A stretch of DNA of 64,000 nt from Laetmonice hystrix (taxonomy: Eukaryota). The notes below the pieces were generated by a model. The model had not been told where the DNA came from, searched no databases, and saw only the letters and a program-made list of their open reading frames with translations. Each line of letters begins with the position of its first letter. The first letter of the stretch is position 1. Both the position numbers and the translations under genes were made by a program. The stretch is taken from positions 23,066,001 through 23,130,000 of the forward strand of contig OZ249436.1 in NCBI GenBank assembly GCA_965235115.1. Reading direction: 5' to 3'. Shown here piece after piece: positions 48,768 through 61,727 of the stretch.

Positions 48768-50981
48768 TTAAAGGGGTGTTCACACGGGCGGCGCGGTGTG
48801 ATGCGGTGCGATGCGGTGAGACAGAGAGACAGAGGCGCGACCTACCGCGTCCTACCGCATCGCGCCGCACCGCAGATGTGAACACCAAATAGGTTAAACA
48901 TGGGGAGCGTTCAGGCACGGAAAATTCCGCATCGCACCGCGCGCCAGTGTGAACACCGGGGCACATCTGTAATATGTGCGGTATGGTGAGAGCTGCTCCA
49001 CTCGATTATCACAGTCTCGAGAGAAATGATACACAACTTTCCCCTCGGAGAGGGTCAGAGTCTCTCGGACTACAGCACAGATCAACGGGCTGACCAAGTG
49101 GGCGGCCGGGTGCGGGGGTCGAGTCCGCGGCACAGGGGTCAGTTGTTGGCTAGGAGACCTGCCCTCTGCTGCTGCCCTCTACCACCGCACCAAAGATGGT
49201 TCGGTCAGACTGTCACCAGAGGGCGCAGGTCTCAAGCCAAGGTCAGTTGTCATAACCGATCAACAACAACAACAATGGCGGGCAGTTCGGGCGGTTGTTG
49301 TGAAACATGTGCCTAAAAAATGCCTCACAGCACCAATGAAACAAACATTAATACACATCAAAACAAACAGCTAGGGGAATACTGTAAATATGCCTGGCGT
49401 ACTTTCACGTTGATGCTTCGAAAGGGAAAAGCGGTAGAGCGATGACAACGCAACCCCCTTACGGTATTAGTATATAGATGCACTGGCGGATCCAGGATTT
49501 CACTAAGGGGGGGGGGCACAGAAAAACAATTCATGATTGTTTGCATTACTAATTAAAGCTCATGCAAATGAGAGTTTTAGAGGTATAGGCCTACATAATA
49601 ACTCGGGGTTTCCCTGAGATACACCGTCAGTGTTAAAATTAATTAAAAATGAGTAGACTATAGCCGTGTATAGGCCTAATTAGTGAAGCTAAAGGGGGGC
49701 ACGTGCCCCCTGTGCCCCCTCTGGATCCGCAACCTTGGGCCAATGTTGGCTGTTGGTGAAGACATACGTTGGGCCAACGATATGCCAATGTGCAAAAAGA
49801 CATCTGCCCAACGCCAACTGCCACTGCTGGACTAACGTATCTACACGCGAGATGCATGGGTGTGCGGTAGTGGTGGTGAACAGGGGGGGGGGGGGGGGGG
49901 GGGTGTCTCCAGTGGCGCAGAACGATACTTGCTGAAGTTGCTGAAGGTAGGACATAAGACAGCCCATGGTGGCGCGTGCGCGCGCAGGTTAAGAAGGGGT
50001 CTTATCGGGGCTAACGGATAATGCCCCGCAGTGTCAGGACCGCGTGGATTATCTCTTGAGCCTCGTTTTGCCCTCGATGCAAACTAGGATTAACGGTCAG
50101 GCGTGGCGATAATAATAGATTTTTGGCTGGCTACTGACGGAGATCCTTTGCGGACAGTTCAATCAGTTGAAGCCCTGATTAAAAGCTAGGATCATATGGA
50201 TGGCGGTGACAGGGGCTGCGAGGGTCCGACCCGGCAGGTCGGGAGTCTGTGTAAATCTGGCCGCGTGCCGGTCGGAGGTGCTGACAGACGATGACCGAGG
50301 GGGCAGGCGGCCGGCTGTACGCCGCACCCCCCGACCTTACGGGATCAAGGGCCCGTCTACATCATGGCGTCCTGTCACCCCGCTCGGCCCTCGCCCCGCC
50401 CCAATCTGGGCCAATCTTTACTGGCTTATTTATCGCGGCAAATATTTGGAATAACTCATAGACGTGTCAGCGGTGGATCCTACAAGGCCTCGCCGCCACA
50501 CGTCCTCGTGAGAAATTGATACTCAGCCTGTCTTCTCGTGGATGCAGGTAATCTTTGTAATCTGAACTGCCGGCCGGGCCAAAGTGCGTGCCCGGGGCAG
50601 CATCAATCCCCCGGCCGGCCACTGGCTCGGACCATTGCCGTCGTTCCAGTCCACGGCAACCAGCCCCCTTCAATGGGCGGCCCCTCACCGCATGGATCAA
50701 TCAAATGCTCACCCACCTTAAATAATGATCTATGGAAATGCGATTGAATATACCACCAGACCTGATTGAAAAGTTTTCGATTCAAATCTTTCAATTCAGA
50801 GCCCATCCAATCCGAATGATCGATCGCTCCCTAAATGTCGTCGTCTGTGGTCCGGTTCTAAACGCCAATAGGTTAGGACCATTTCATAACTTACAAGACC
50901 ACTGCAAGCCTTCCTGTTCCCAGGAACCTATAAAATTAATTGTTTATTTGTGAAGACGCATAAGAAGCCATGGTTTGTTTG

Positions 50982-51088
50982 GAGAGAGAGAGAGGGAGGG
51001 AGGGAGGGAGGGAGGGAGGGAGGGAGGGAGGGAGGGAGGGAGGGAGGGAGGGAGAGGGAGAGAGAGAGAGAGAGATAGAGAGAGAGAT
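50982..51088. repeat. (GA)n/(GAGG)n microsatellite
   Basis: Read directly from the sequence. Confidence 0.95.
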
Positions 51089-52184
51089 TGACGTCGTGGT
51101 TCCAGCATGCAGCGGGGGTGGTTGAGGGATTAGAACCCCTCCTTGTGTCCCAAAGTGCCCTTGTTGGCTAACTGTTGCAGGCGTGCATCCAAGGGCAAGG
51201 GGGTGCAGGGGCGCACGCTCCCCTTTTTTGAAGAAGTGACAAAAATTAATGCTAGGCTATAGCCTAAATACTTTGAGAAACTGTCACAATCTCTATATCC
51301 AGATGCCAGGAAATAGCGGTTTTTTTTGGCTTCTAACTTCACAAATTTTCTGGGTGAGGTGCCTATAGACCCTCCCCTGCAGATGTTCGCCTCGAGCCTT
51401 TGGCGCTCGAGCCGAGAGAATCCCCCCTGTGCAGTGCTGTAACCGCGCCTGTTCTGTGGGTAGGTGCCCTTTGAGAAGACCCAGGGGCGGGTTACACTAG
51501 TCCTACTGAGTGTCTTCACTTCATATCAGAAGCACTTCATATCTATATCGGAGTTTCAATAGCCCTTGAGATAAAAAGAAGTTGACAAATTACATTTAAA
51601 TTATGGATATTGGCCCCTGTTGAATGTAGGACTGGTCCTAAATTCAGTCCTAACCCGTAGGACCGTTAGTGCAACCCGCCTGAACCCCACCCTTGAAGAA
51701 ATCCTGGATCCGCGCCTGTAGGCTATTGCTCGTGATGAAATTTTAATTTGAGTATATGTGAAACACCTACCACAATGGTATCATGTACTGGGCGAGTCAT
51801 TTTTACGCTGTATTAAAATCTGTCTTTTTAATCTGATCTTCACTAACATTAGTGTATACGTAGCTATTATGTAACATCATGATCCATATAAACTTTTTTT
51901 TATAGCAGTGACGTAGTGAGTTAATGAAATGGTGGGGGCGTAAATCTATAAGGAAAACCTGACAAGCCAAAAAAGAAGAAGAAAAAAAGGTCTTCAACAA
52001 TGCTGACAAGCAAAAACAACAGACACACAAAACGAGCCAAACGGGGGGGGGGGGGCGTACGCCGGGTACGCCCTAAATGGCTACGTCACTGCAAACGTTA
52101 ACTATAGTGTATAATATCCAAATTCTTGAAAGGTAAGACTTTCATGTGACGCTTCGGCTTTAGTCACAATTTTACGACATTTGT

Positions 52185-52451
52185 GGGGCCTCGGGTGGCC
52201 GAGTGGTCTAAGGTGTCGGCTCCATCATGACACCTAGGACCATCGCCTCACACCGCTGCGACCCGGGTTCGATTCCCGGCCTGGGCTGCATGTGTGAAAG
52301 GTTTGTCAGTCAGTTCCTTCCCGAAGGTCGGTGGTTTCCTCCGGGTACTCCGGTTTCCTCCACCAAGAAAAACTGACTTTCATCTCATCTTCACCGCCGT
52401 GATATGACCCTGGCTGTTGCAAGGCGTAAAACCCCAAATACCCACCCACCC
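52185..52451 (+). mobile_element. tRNA-derived SINE with V-type central domain
   Basis: A box TGGCCGAGTGG, B box GGTTCGATTCC, V-domain-like GGTTTCCTCCGGGTACTCCGGTTTCCTCC, (ACCC)n tail, 11-bp TSD ACGACATTTGT. Confidence 0.9.
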
Positions 52452-52997
52452 ACGACATTTGTACTGCAAGTTAATTGCATGTTCGTCACTGATAAAGAAA
52501 TAACAAAACGTCGGATAAGTGAAACACCTGCTTTGAAGTTATTTATTATAATACCTTGCAAGTGAAGGTCCGAAATAGACATTTTTAAAATAAGCGTTTT
52601 AACTAGCACATAGGCCTAATATCAACATAGTAAATTTAACACTTTGGCAACATCGCCCGTAATCCCTGCACAGGGATGAATCTTAATGAAGAAGGATACT
52701 GGAAGTGAATCAGACACATAAAAATAAAAGTTAACTCATTCATGCGTAACATACAAATCACGTGTGGTGGAACGTTAAACCTAAAGGGTCAATACATAGG
52801 CAGCAGGTACCGCATCATAAAATCTTCTGGCCGCTGCCACGGGGGTGCACGCATTTACGAAAAATCTGAAAAAATATGACATGATGCCATTATAATAACT
52901 TCGGTGTATTCATTTTAAAGGCAGGGTAAACACCTACGGCAAATAAGGTTTCGTAGACCAAATGAAACACCAGCATTTACCTCAGGGCAATAAATGC

Positions 52998-53280
52998 CAC
53001 AATTACGTTGTCTGAATGAAGTAATTAACGTGTAACCGCCCGATGTATGACGCCGCTGGTTCTTACCTTGACCTTCTTGTGTGTTCATCAGAGGCAAATG
53101 CTGCACACCGCGGCGTATTGCGTAACATTACGTGTTACTCTGCTCACAGACCTTGTCTACACGATGTTTGGAGTCCCAACGTTTGTAAACGTCCGAGTTG
53201 TTGAACACACAAGTAGAACCAGCGGCGTCACATATCGGGCAGTTACACGTTAATTACTTCATTCAGACAACGTGATTGTG
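52998..53280. mobile_element. MITE with CACAAT termini and about 68-bp TIRs
   Basis: CACAATTACGTTGTCTGAATGAAGTAATTAACGTGTAAC... and its inverse ending ...CGTGATTGTG. TSD unclear (ATGC/TTGC). Confidence 0.7.
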
Positions 53281-53282
53281 TT

Positions 53283-54050
53283 GCTATCTATATAACCCCT
53301 CGCTTTGCTCGGGGTTTTATAGATAGCACCCCTAGGTTGTTCTTTTTTTTCTCTCGAAAAGAAATCCTCGATTTCATCTCGTGTTTTTTTCTCTCGAAAA
53401 TATCAGTTGATATCGTATATTAGGCGCAAAATATTATTTTCAGAGAGGGTACTGATCTGTTTACCTACAGTATAGGGGGCGCTCGTGTGATCGCCACCCA
53501 TTGTACGGTAGCCCAGAAGTACAAGTGTAGCTAGGCATTTTAGTAAGCGTATTATAGTGGTTATGCTAATTTCTTTTGCCCATGGAACAAACAGTAAAAC
53601 GAGAATAAGTTAATCATTTATTTTGCCAACTCGAGCAATTAAGTGCGGTGGCCAGCCTCGACAGTAATGTTGAAGGTGCAGTGTTGATATACAGTTCCTG
53701 ATGGGGCCACTGTGGATGTGTCCGTTGAGGTCGCAGCAGCAGATGGAAAGCGGTTTGGGAAGGTCTCACTCATCTCAGAAGGGTCAACAGAATCGATCAG
53801 ACTGCTGATGGCGACCTTTTGAGGATCGGTTGCCCCGACGGATGCGACGTTGCGACGCGTTTGCGAATACCGTTCCGGTAAAATTGAGGTCGTTAAATTA
53901 AAATATGTTGGACTTTTAGGCCCCGAGTGAAGGTTTAAAGGTTTTCCGTAAGTTTTTATTAGTGTACTTCTGAGCCACCGTACAGTCATAGGCAGAGCAT
54001 GGTCTGACAGAATCACGTGATCGTGTGATCGTCATGGTTCACTGAAAGCA
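53283..54050 (-). mobile_element. Crypton-like element remnant (terminal palindrome + tyrosine recombinase/DUF3504-type C-terminal tail)
   Basis: Palindrome GCTATCTATATAACCCC-TCGCTTTGCTC-GGGGTTTTATAGATAGC. Minus-strand QKVAISSLI...VYQHCTFNITV resembles the CryptonA C-terminus. Confidence 0.5.
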
Positions 54051-54071
54051 CCACCACAAACTGGCCACCAG

Positions 54072-57000
54072 GGCCCATATTCATAAAAGCCTGCTAAGCC
54101 TAGTTGGCAACTATTTTGGGCCTTAGCTGCCAACTAAGCCTAGTTGGATACTAGATATTATTCATAAAATGCCGCTTAGCTTAGTTGACTGCTAAATTGT
54201 CTGCTAACTTTAGAGATGATCTTGGGTACCTCTAAGTCACTAGTTGACAAATAAATCCTTCATTTGTATGTTTGACTCTGACGTGAAAGCATGGCTAGAC
54301 GGATGAGGAGGGATAGAGTATTCAGAGACAGGCGTAATCCAATTGATATTTTTATGATGATGAATTGATCAAGCGATATCGATTTTCACGGAAAGGCATC
54401 ATGTTTAATAACGTTTATGTTTATAACTTTTCAAATGTTTGTTGGCGATCCCATACAAATATCACAATAAACCTCCTGCCGAGGTGTCAACAGAGTTTCA
54501 CAAGCGCTATCTGGGAAAATTAACAACTTTGTAAAGTTGCCTGAACAAGGGCAAGTTGATGTAATTTAAGATGAACAGGATCAGGAACTTTCCAGGTATT
54601 ATAGGCTGTGTTGACACATATTTGGATAATTTCACCCCATCTTAATGAGGCTGACTATATCAACAGGAAAGGTTATCACTCCATAAACGTTCAAGTGATA
54701 TGTGATCATAAGGGGAAATGGATAAACATTGTTCATAGATGACATCCTTGGTTGGTCCTTTAGAACTGTCTGTACATTGATTTCTATAGGCACACACAGT
54801 TCGTGCATGCACAGCTCTATTATTAGACACATAAACATGCCATCCCTATTGAAAGTGAAACTGACGCATGTTGGGATTTGTGGTTTGGCACACGGCCAAC
54901 TGCTAAGTTAACAACCAACTAAATCCTAGTTGACAACTACCTGGCACTGTCCCTATCAGGGTTTTATGAATCTGGAAATAGCAGGAAACTATGGAGCAGG
55001 AAACTAGGCATTTAGCAGCCTGCTAAGGCCTAGTTGGCTGCTAGTTTAGTAGGGTTTTATGAATATCGGCCCAGGACTGACCACCACTGCCCTATATATC
55101 GTGGTCTGTACATGCCATATGGGGGTTGTGCTCACTCAACTGTGCATTTATCAGTTGGGGATCCTTGGCATGTCGACTCTATGCTTCATAGCTACCAGGG
55201 CCCATATTCATAAAAGCCTGCTAAGCCTAGTTGGCAACTATTTTGGGCCTTAGCTGCCAACTAAGCCTAGTTGGATACTAGATATTATTCATAAAATGCC
55301 GCTTAGCTTAGTTGACTGCTAAATTGTCTGCTAACTTTAGAGATGATCTTGGGTACCTCTAAGTCACTAGTTGACAACTAAATCCTTCATTTGTATGTTT
55401 GACTCTGACGTGAAAGCATGGCTAGACGGATGAGGAGGGATAGAGTATTCAGAGACAGGCGTAATCCAATTGATATTTTTATGATGATGAATTGATCAAG
55501 AGATATCGATTTTCACGGGAAGGCATCATGTTTAATAACGTTTATGTTTATAACTTTAAATGTTTGTTGGCGATCCCATACAAATATCACAATAAACCTC
55601 CTGCCGAGGTGTCAACAGAGTTTCACAAGCGCTATCTGGGAAAATTAACAACTTTGTAAAGTTGCCTGAACAAGGGCAAGTTGATGTAATTTAAGATGAA
55701 CAGGATCAGGAACTTTTCAGGTGTTATAGGCTGTGTTGACACATATTTGGATAATTTCACCCCATCTTAATGAGGCTGACTATATCAAGAGGAAAGGTTA
55801 TCACTCCATAAACGTTCAAGTGATATGTGATCATAAGGGGAAATGGATAAACATTGTTCATAGATGACATCCTTGGTTGGTCCTTTAGAACTGTCTGTAC
55901 ATTGATTTCTATAGGCACACACAGTTCGTGCATGCACAGCTCTATTATTAGACACATAAACATGCCATCCCTATTGAAAGTGAAACTGACGCATGTTGGG
56001 ATTTGTGGTTTGGCACACGGCCAACTGCTAAGTTAACAACCAACTAAATCCTAGTTGACAACTACCTGGCACTGTCCCTATCAGGGTTTTATGAATCTGG
56101 AAATAGCAGGAAACTATGGAGCAGGAAACTAGGCATTTAGCAGCCTGCTAAGGCCTAGTTGGCTGCTAGTTTAGTAGGGTTTTATGAATATCGGCCCAGG
56201 ACTGACCACCACTGCCCTATATATCGTGGTCTGTACATGCCATATGGGGGTTGTGCTCACTCAACTGTGCATTTATCAGTTGGGGATCCTTGGCATGTCG
56301 ACTCTATGCTTCATAGCTACCAGGGCCCATATTCATAAAAGCCTGCTAAGCCTAGTTGGCAACTATTTTGGGCCTTAGCTGCCAACTAAGCCTAGTTGGA
56401 TACTAGATATTATTCATAAAATGCCGCTTAGCTTAGTTGACTGCTAAATTGTCTGCTAACTGTAGAGATGATCTTGGGTACCTCTAAGTCACTAGTTGAC
56501 AACTAAATCCTTCATTTGTATGTTTGACTCTGACGTGAAAGCATGGCTAGACGGATGAGGAGGGATAGAGTATTCAGAGACAGGCGTAATCCAATTGATA
56601 TTTTTATGATGATGAATTGATCAAGAGATATCGATTTTCACGGGAAGGCATCATGTTTAATAACGTTTATGTTTATAACTTTAAATGTTTGTTGGCGATC
56701 CCATACAAATATCACAATAAACCTCCTGCCGAGGTGTCAACAGAGTTTCACAAGCGCTATCTGGGAAAATTAACAACTTTGTAAAGTTGCCTGAACAAGG
56801 GCAAGTTGATGTAATTTAAGATGAACAGGATCAGGAACTTTTCAGGTGTTATAGGCTGTGTTGACACATATTTGGATAATTTCACCCCATCTTAATGAGG
56901 CTGACTATATCAAGAGGAAAGGTTATCACTCCATAAACGTTCAAGTGATATGTGATCATAAGGGGAAATGGATAAACATTGTTCATAGATGACATCCTTG

Positions 57001-58437
57001 GTTGGTCCTTTAGAACTGTCTGTACATTGATTTCTATAGGCACACACAGTTCGTGCATGCACAGCTCTATTATTAGACACATAAACATGCCATCCCTATT
57101 GAAAGTGAAACTGACGCATGTTGGGATTTGTGGTTTGGCACACGGCCAACTGCTAAGTTAACAACCAACTAAATCCTAGTTGACAACTACCTGGCACTGT
57201 CCCTATCAGGGTTTTATGAATCTGGAAATAGCAGGAAACTATGGAGCAGGAAACTAGGCATTTAGCAGCCTGCTAAGGCCTAGTTGGCTGCTAGTTTAGT
57301 AGGGTTTTATGAATATCGGCCCAGGACTGACCACCACTGCCCTATATATCGTGGTCTGTACATGCCATATGGGGGTTGTGCTCACTCAACTGTGCATTTA
57401 TCAGTTGGGGATCCTTGGCATGTCGACTCTATGCTTCATAGCTACCAGGGCCCATATTCATAAAAGCCTGCTAAGCCTAGTTGGCAACTATTTTGGGCCT
57501 TAGCTGCCAACTAAGCCTAGTTGGATACTAGATATTATTCATAAAATGCCGCTTAGCTTAGTTGACTGCTAAATTGTCTGCTAACTTTAGAGATGATCTT
57601 GGGTACCTCTAAGTCACTAGTTGACAACTAAATCCTTCATTTGTATGTTTGACTCTGACGTGAAAGCATGGCTAGACGGATGAGGAGGGATAGAGTATTC
57701 AGAGACAGGCGTAATCCAATTGATATTTTTATGATGATGAATTGATCAAGAGATATCGATTTTCACGGGAAGGCATCATGTTTAATAACGTTTATGTTTA
57801 TAACTTTAAATGTTTGTTGGCGATCCCATACAAATATCACAATAAACCTCCTGCCGAGGTGTCAACAGAGTTTCACAAGCGCTATCTGGGAAAATTAACA
57901 ACTTTGTAAAGTTGCTTGAACAAGGGCAAGTTGATGTAATTTAAGATGAACAGGATCAGGAACTTTTCAGGTGTTATAGGCTGTGTTGACACATATTTGG
58001 ATAATTTCACCCCATCTTAATGAGGCTGACTATATCAAGAGGAAAGGTTATCACTCCATAAACGTTCAAGTGATATGTGATCATAAGGGGAAATGGATAA
58101 ACATTGTTCATAGATGACATCCTTGGTTGGTCCTTTAGAACTGTCTGTACATTGATTTCTATAGGCACACACAGTTCGTGCATGCACAGCTCTATTATTA
58201 GACACATAAACATGCCATCCCTATTGAAAGTGAAACTGACGCATGTTGGGATTTGTGGTTTGGCACACGGCCAACTGCTAAGTTAACAACCAACTAAATC
58301 CTAGTTGACAACTACCTGGCACTGTCCCTATCAGGGTTTTATGAATCTGGAAATAGCAGGAAACTATGGAGCAGGAAACTAGGCATTTAGCAGCTTGCTA
58401 TGGCTGCTAGTTTAGTAGGGTTTTATGAATATCGGCC
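54072..58437 (+). mobile_element. Tandem array of four ~1-kb deleted Harbinger elements (54072-55071, 55199-56196, 56324-57321, 57449-58437) with identical 127-bp spacers; period 1125 bp
   Basis: TIR GGCC(C/G)ATATTCATAAAA with CWG flanks. HARBI1 remnants [44 protein letters not shown]. Confidence 0.92.
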
Positions 58438-58522
58438 CTGGTCAGCTCAGGACCTGGAGCGCTATATTCAGTCTCGCTTCGCTCGACTGAACATAGCGCT
58501 CCAGGCCCTTCGCTGACCAGTG
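58438..58522. repeat. Crypton-type terminal palindrome
   Basis: CTGGTCAGC..CCTGGAGCGCTAT.TTCAGTC-TCGCTTCGCTC-GACTGAA.ATAGCGCTCCAGG..GCTGACCAG. Confidence 0.55.
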
Positions 58523-58523
58523 C

Positions 58524-59062
58524 CGGTGTGATGTGGTAAAGTGACCCCGTGGTAAAGTGACCCCGGGGTCAATTTACCACGTGGTAAATCGACCCCCGGG
58601 TCACTTTACCACAGTGGAAAAGTGACCTCCCCTGTGGAAAAATGACCCAGGTTGAATAACATAGATATTAGGCATAACGTCTATCGTCATTTTACTGCTT
58701 CTTGGTATTTTTCAACAGTTTTGACACCTGTTCAGCAGTACTCACTTTCGCGACTTGCGCAAATTTAAAAGGGCAAACCAGCAGATCTATACGGGTGCTA
58801 CCTGTACGCCCCTCGGTTAGGGTTAAGGTGAGTTTAGGGTTAGGTCTATTTGAATTAACACTATTTGCAAATTGCGCAGATTGACAAATTGAGTACGACA
58901 TATGAACAAAAACATCCTTTTGTATCCTTGTAAAATAAACAGAAAAAGAAATGTCTTAACTTTTCCTTGATGGTCAGATTACCATAGGGAGGGTCACTTT
59001 TCCACTGTGGAAAAGTGACCCGGGGGTCAATTTACCACGGGGGTCAGTTTTCGATGTGCCAG
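58524..59062. mobile_element. MITE with GTGGTAAAGTGACCCC subterminal repeats
   Basis: Inverted repeat blocks at 58533-58650 and 58987-59050. Confidence 0.6.
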
Positions 59063-59436
59063 GGGCCGCACAGAAGGTTGATAGTGCTATCAGCATCACT
59101 ATCAATACTGATAGCCATTGAGTTTTAGTGGCCAGTATCAAAACCCACACTATCAGCACCTTCTGTGCGGCTGGCCCAGGTAGCTATCTAGAACATATCG
59201 GCAGATAATCCACAAACTGCAGATGAAATTAGTACTTCACTCATCGTTTGCCGCCATCTTGTACCCGGGTTGTAGGCCTACTCTTGGCACAGCGAGAGTC
59301 GCTCTTGGAGGGTAGAGGTAACCTCATCGATGACAGACAGTTCGGCAACTCGAGCGACTCGGGTGATTTCGATTGCAACTCGGGTAGTCGAACTCGGGCA
59401 TGAATCGAAGTCGGTCATTGGTGCACTCGGCCCCCG

Positions 59437-60135
59437 GGCTGCGTTCGGATGGGCTGTTCTTGACACTCGAACCTGGTCTTGTTGTTCGGATGGACTGGGG
59501 AACCAATACGAACGTTGTTCTTTTCATACGAACAGTGCCGAACATGTTCACGAACATTGTTCTCCCCACTCCCCAACAAGGCAGGGGTGAGAAGAACAAA
59601 TATGGCGGACGGCATGCCATCAACGTCAATGTTCTCATGTCAAAATTGGAATATTTGTAAATTTATTCAAGAACAGTAGTCATTTTGAAAGAAAAGATGC
59701 TTAGTATATCAATCATATAGGATACCGGTAATTGACTGACCAAGAAGACCAGTTTGGCCTATAGCCTAGGTCTAGATATGTGGTAAACTGGGCGCTCCGA
59801 CGCTGGACAGGTCAATCACAGGTGCTAGCTTGCAAAGTTGACAGTGGCGGATCCAGAGGGGTCCAGAAAAGGCCTTGTCTCCCCCCTAAAAATTCTACAA
59901 CTACCAAAGGCATCACGCTGTCACATTTTGAAAGAACTAGACTAGTGATTCACCACCAGATAATTGTTCAATTCATCATTGCTGGGTGCAGCCATTTTGT
60001 AAGGTTATAGTTCTCGGTGTTTGGATGGTGCTATGAAGAACATGTTCCAGGTGCGTGTTCTTTGTTGTTTGAATGATCAGGAACATGTTCCTGAAGTGTT
60101 CAGGAACATCAAGAACAGCCCATCCGAACGCAGCC
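59437..60135. mobile_element. PIF/Harbinger non-autonomous element
   Basis: TIR GGCTGCGTTCGGATGGGCTGTTCTTGA, with CCG on both sides. Confidence 0.75.
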
Positions 60136-60480
60136 CCGGTGTCCAGTCCAGTCCCTCCAGGTCTAGAATAACTCCACCAGGGGGCGCCAATGCTTGGTCG
60201 ATACCTCTATAGGGCTATGGTTGGAACCTCCAGAGGGCGCTTCTGTCCAGGACCCTGGATCCGCGCCTTTTTATAGTTTGTTATATTTGGTACAGGTTCG
60301 CGTGGGGAGCTCATGCAACCCACGAGTGTCCGTTATGCAGCCCACGAGTGAGTCTCATTTATACCTGTATTTAATCAGCCTGTTTTGTAACTGCTGGGGG
60401 CAGAAAAATGTGGAGAAAATAAAGATCCGGAAGTCAGTCGATGCTCAGCCATTGACTGGTGTTCAGCCATGTAACAACTG

Positions 60481-60744
60481 GGCGCGTTTTTTTTGTTTAC
60501 TTTTCCACCGTGAGCAAGGGTGAGCTGAGCTGAGCAAGGGTGAGCGTGAGCTTATTCTCGCCGTTTTCATGTTTTTTTTTGGTTGCTTTTTTCCATGAGG
60601 CGTGCTCATGATGAGCAAGCTCGCGGAAAAACACCCTAAAAAACGAAAACAGTGAGCAAAACAGTGAGCATGAGCTTCTGCTCACCCTTGCTCAGCTCAG
60701 CTCACCCTTGCTCACTGTGGAAAAGTAAACAAAAAAAACGGGCC
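60481..60744. mobile_element. PIF/Harbinger MITE with about 65-bp TIRs
   Basis: CTG-GGCGCGTTTTTTTTGTTTACTTTTCCAC... / ...GTGGAAAAGTAAACAAAAAAAACGGGCC-CTG. Confidence 0.8.
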
Positions 60745-61672
60745 CTGTACACTAGCTCCGAGTTATTATTTGGTCGTTATGGACCTGGGCAAGCGATAGG
60801 ACACTTTACAAAGTGGTGACCGGGACGGGTCCACTGGGATAATTCCGCCAGGACTACTATGTAGTATTTTACAAACTCGTGACTGCGATGGGACATTTTA
60901 CAACATGTTCCTGAGCTGCGCGTTATGAGAACGTCAACACCATTATACCTGGAACTTTGGGATCCTGCAGGACACATGATTGTGTGCTCGTGAGTCTATA
61001 GCCAGGTAACTTCATTCTCCTGTTACAATTGCGGCAAGCTAATGCTTGCTCCTTCAATGGTGAGTGCATGCTATACAGTCTGTAGTTCCGAGTCACTGAT
61101 TATTTCCATGTTCAACCATTGTTAGCCTCATTTACCTCCCAGGGTTTCTTCAGGCCAGCTTCTGTTGTACAGGGCCTACAGATAACACCACGGAATCGAC
61201 GCGAGCCTTATACTTTACTCCTATGCGGGAGAAATAGTAATCTGTAATTTGTATTTGTGCATTTCAATATCGCGTGGTTTACCTCATGCAGATGAGAAAT
61301 AAAGTCTGTGTTTGTTTGCTCCCTACAAACGTAGTTTGGACTCACAAAACCCGTACGTTAGCCATAATGTCATTGGATGACGTGCATGGCGTTGGGACAC
61401 TGTGCACCTAATGTCCAGATGGTCACGTCCCTGGCCGCAGCCAGATTTGGTAAATGAGCGATACTCTCGGCAGTTTACGGCATGGCTCGGAAATCGACCT
61501 GACCACCGGCCGAGCCATGGGACCCTATGGGAATAAGGTTATTTAACAATCAGCGCTTCTGATTGAAGCTAAATTCACCTACTGGGTTGGTAAAGGTGGT
61601 AGAGAGTTCTACGTAGGATCGATCCAATGACCTTGGACGATGAGCATATGCTGATACGGGGGCAGGGGTGTG

Positions 61673-61727
61673 TTTTTAGCCCCCACAACGGGGGGCTTAT
61701 AATTCGACCTCCGTCCGTCCGTACGTG
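61673..61727 (+). mobile_element. Helentron/DINE-1-like 5' end
   Basis: TTTTTAGCCCCCACAACGGGGGGCTTATA (T-run plus short hairpin), followed by (GTCC)n. Confidence 0.55.

Noticed and set aside
52185..52280. tRNA gene
   Set aside because: A and B boxes run into a V-type domain, a simple-repeat tail and an 11-bp TSD, so this is a SINE.
54632..58286. Repeated 60-68 aa ORFs as a tandem gene family
   Set aside because: Off-frame or antisense readings of the duplicated Harbinger unit.
60770..61310. Possible exon or LINE 3' end
   Set aside because: An AATAAA and splice-like words are present, but I found no recognisable reading frame.
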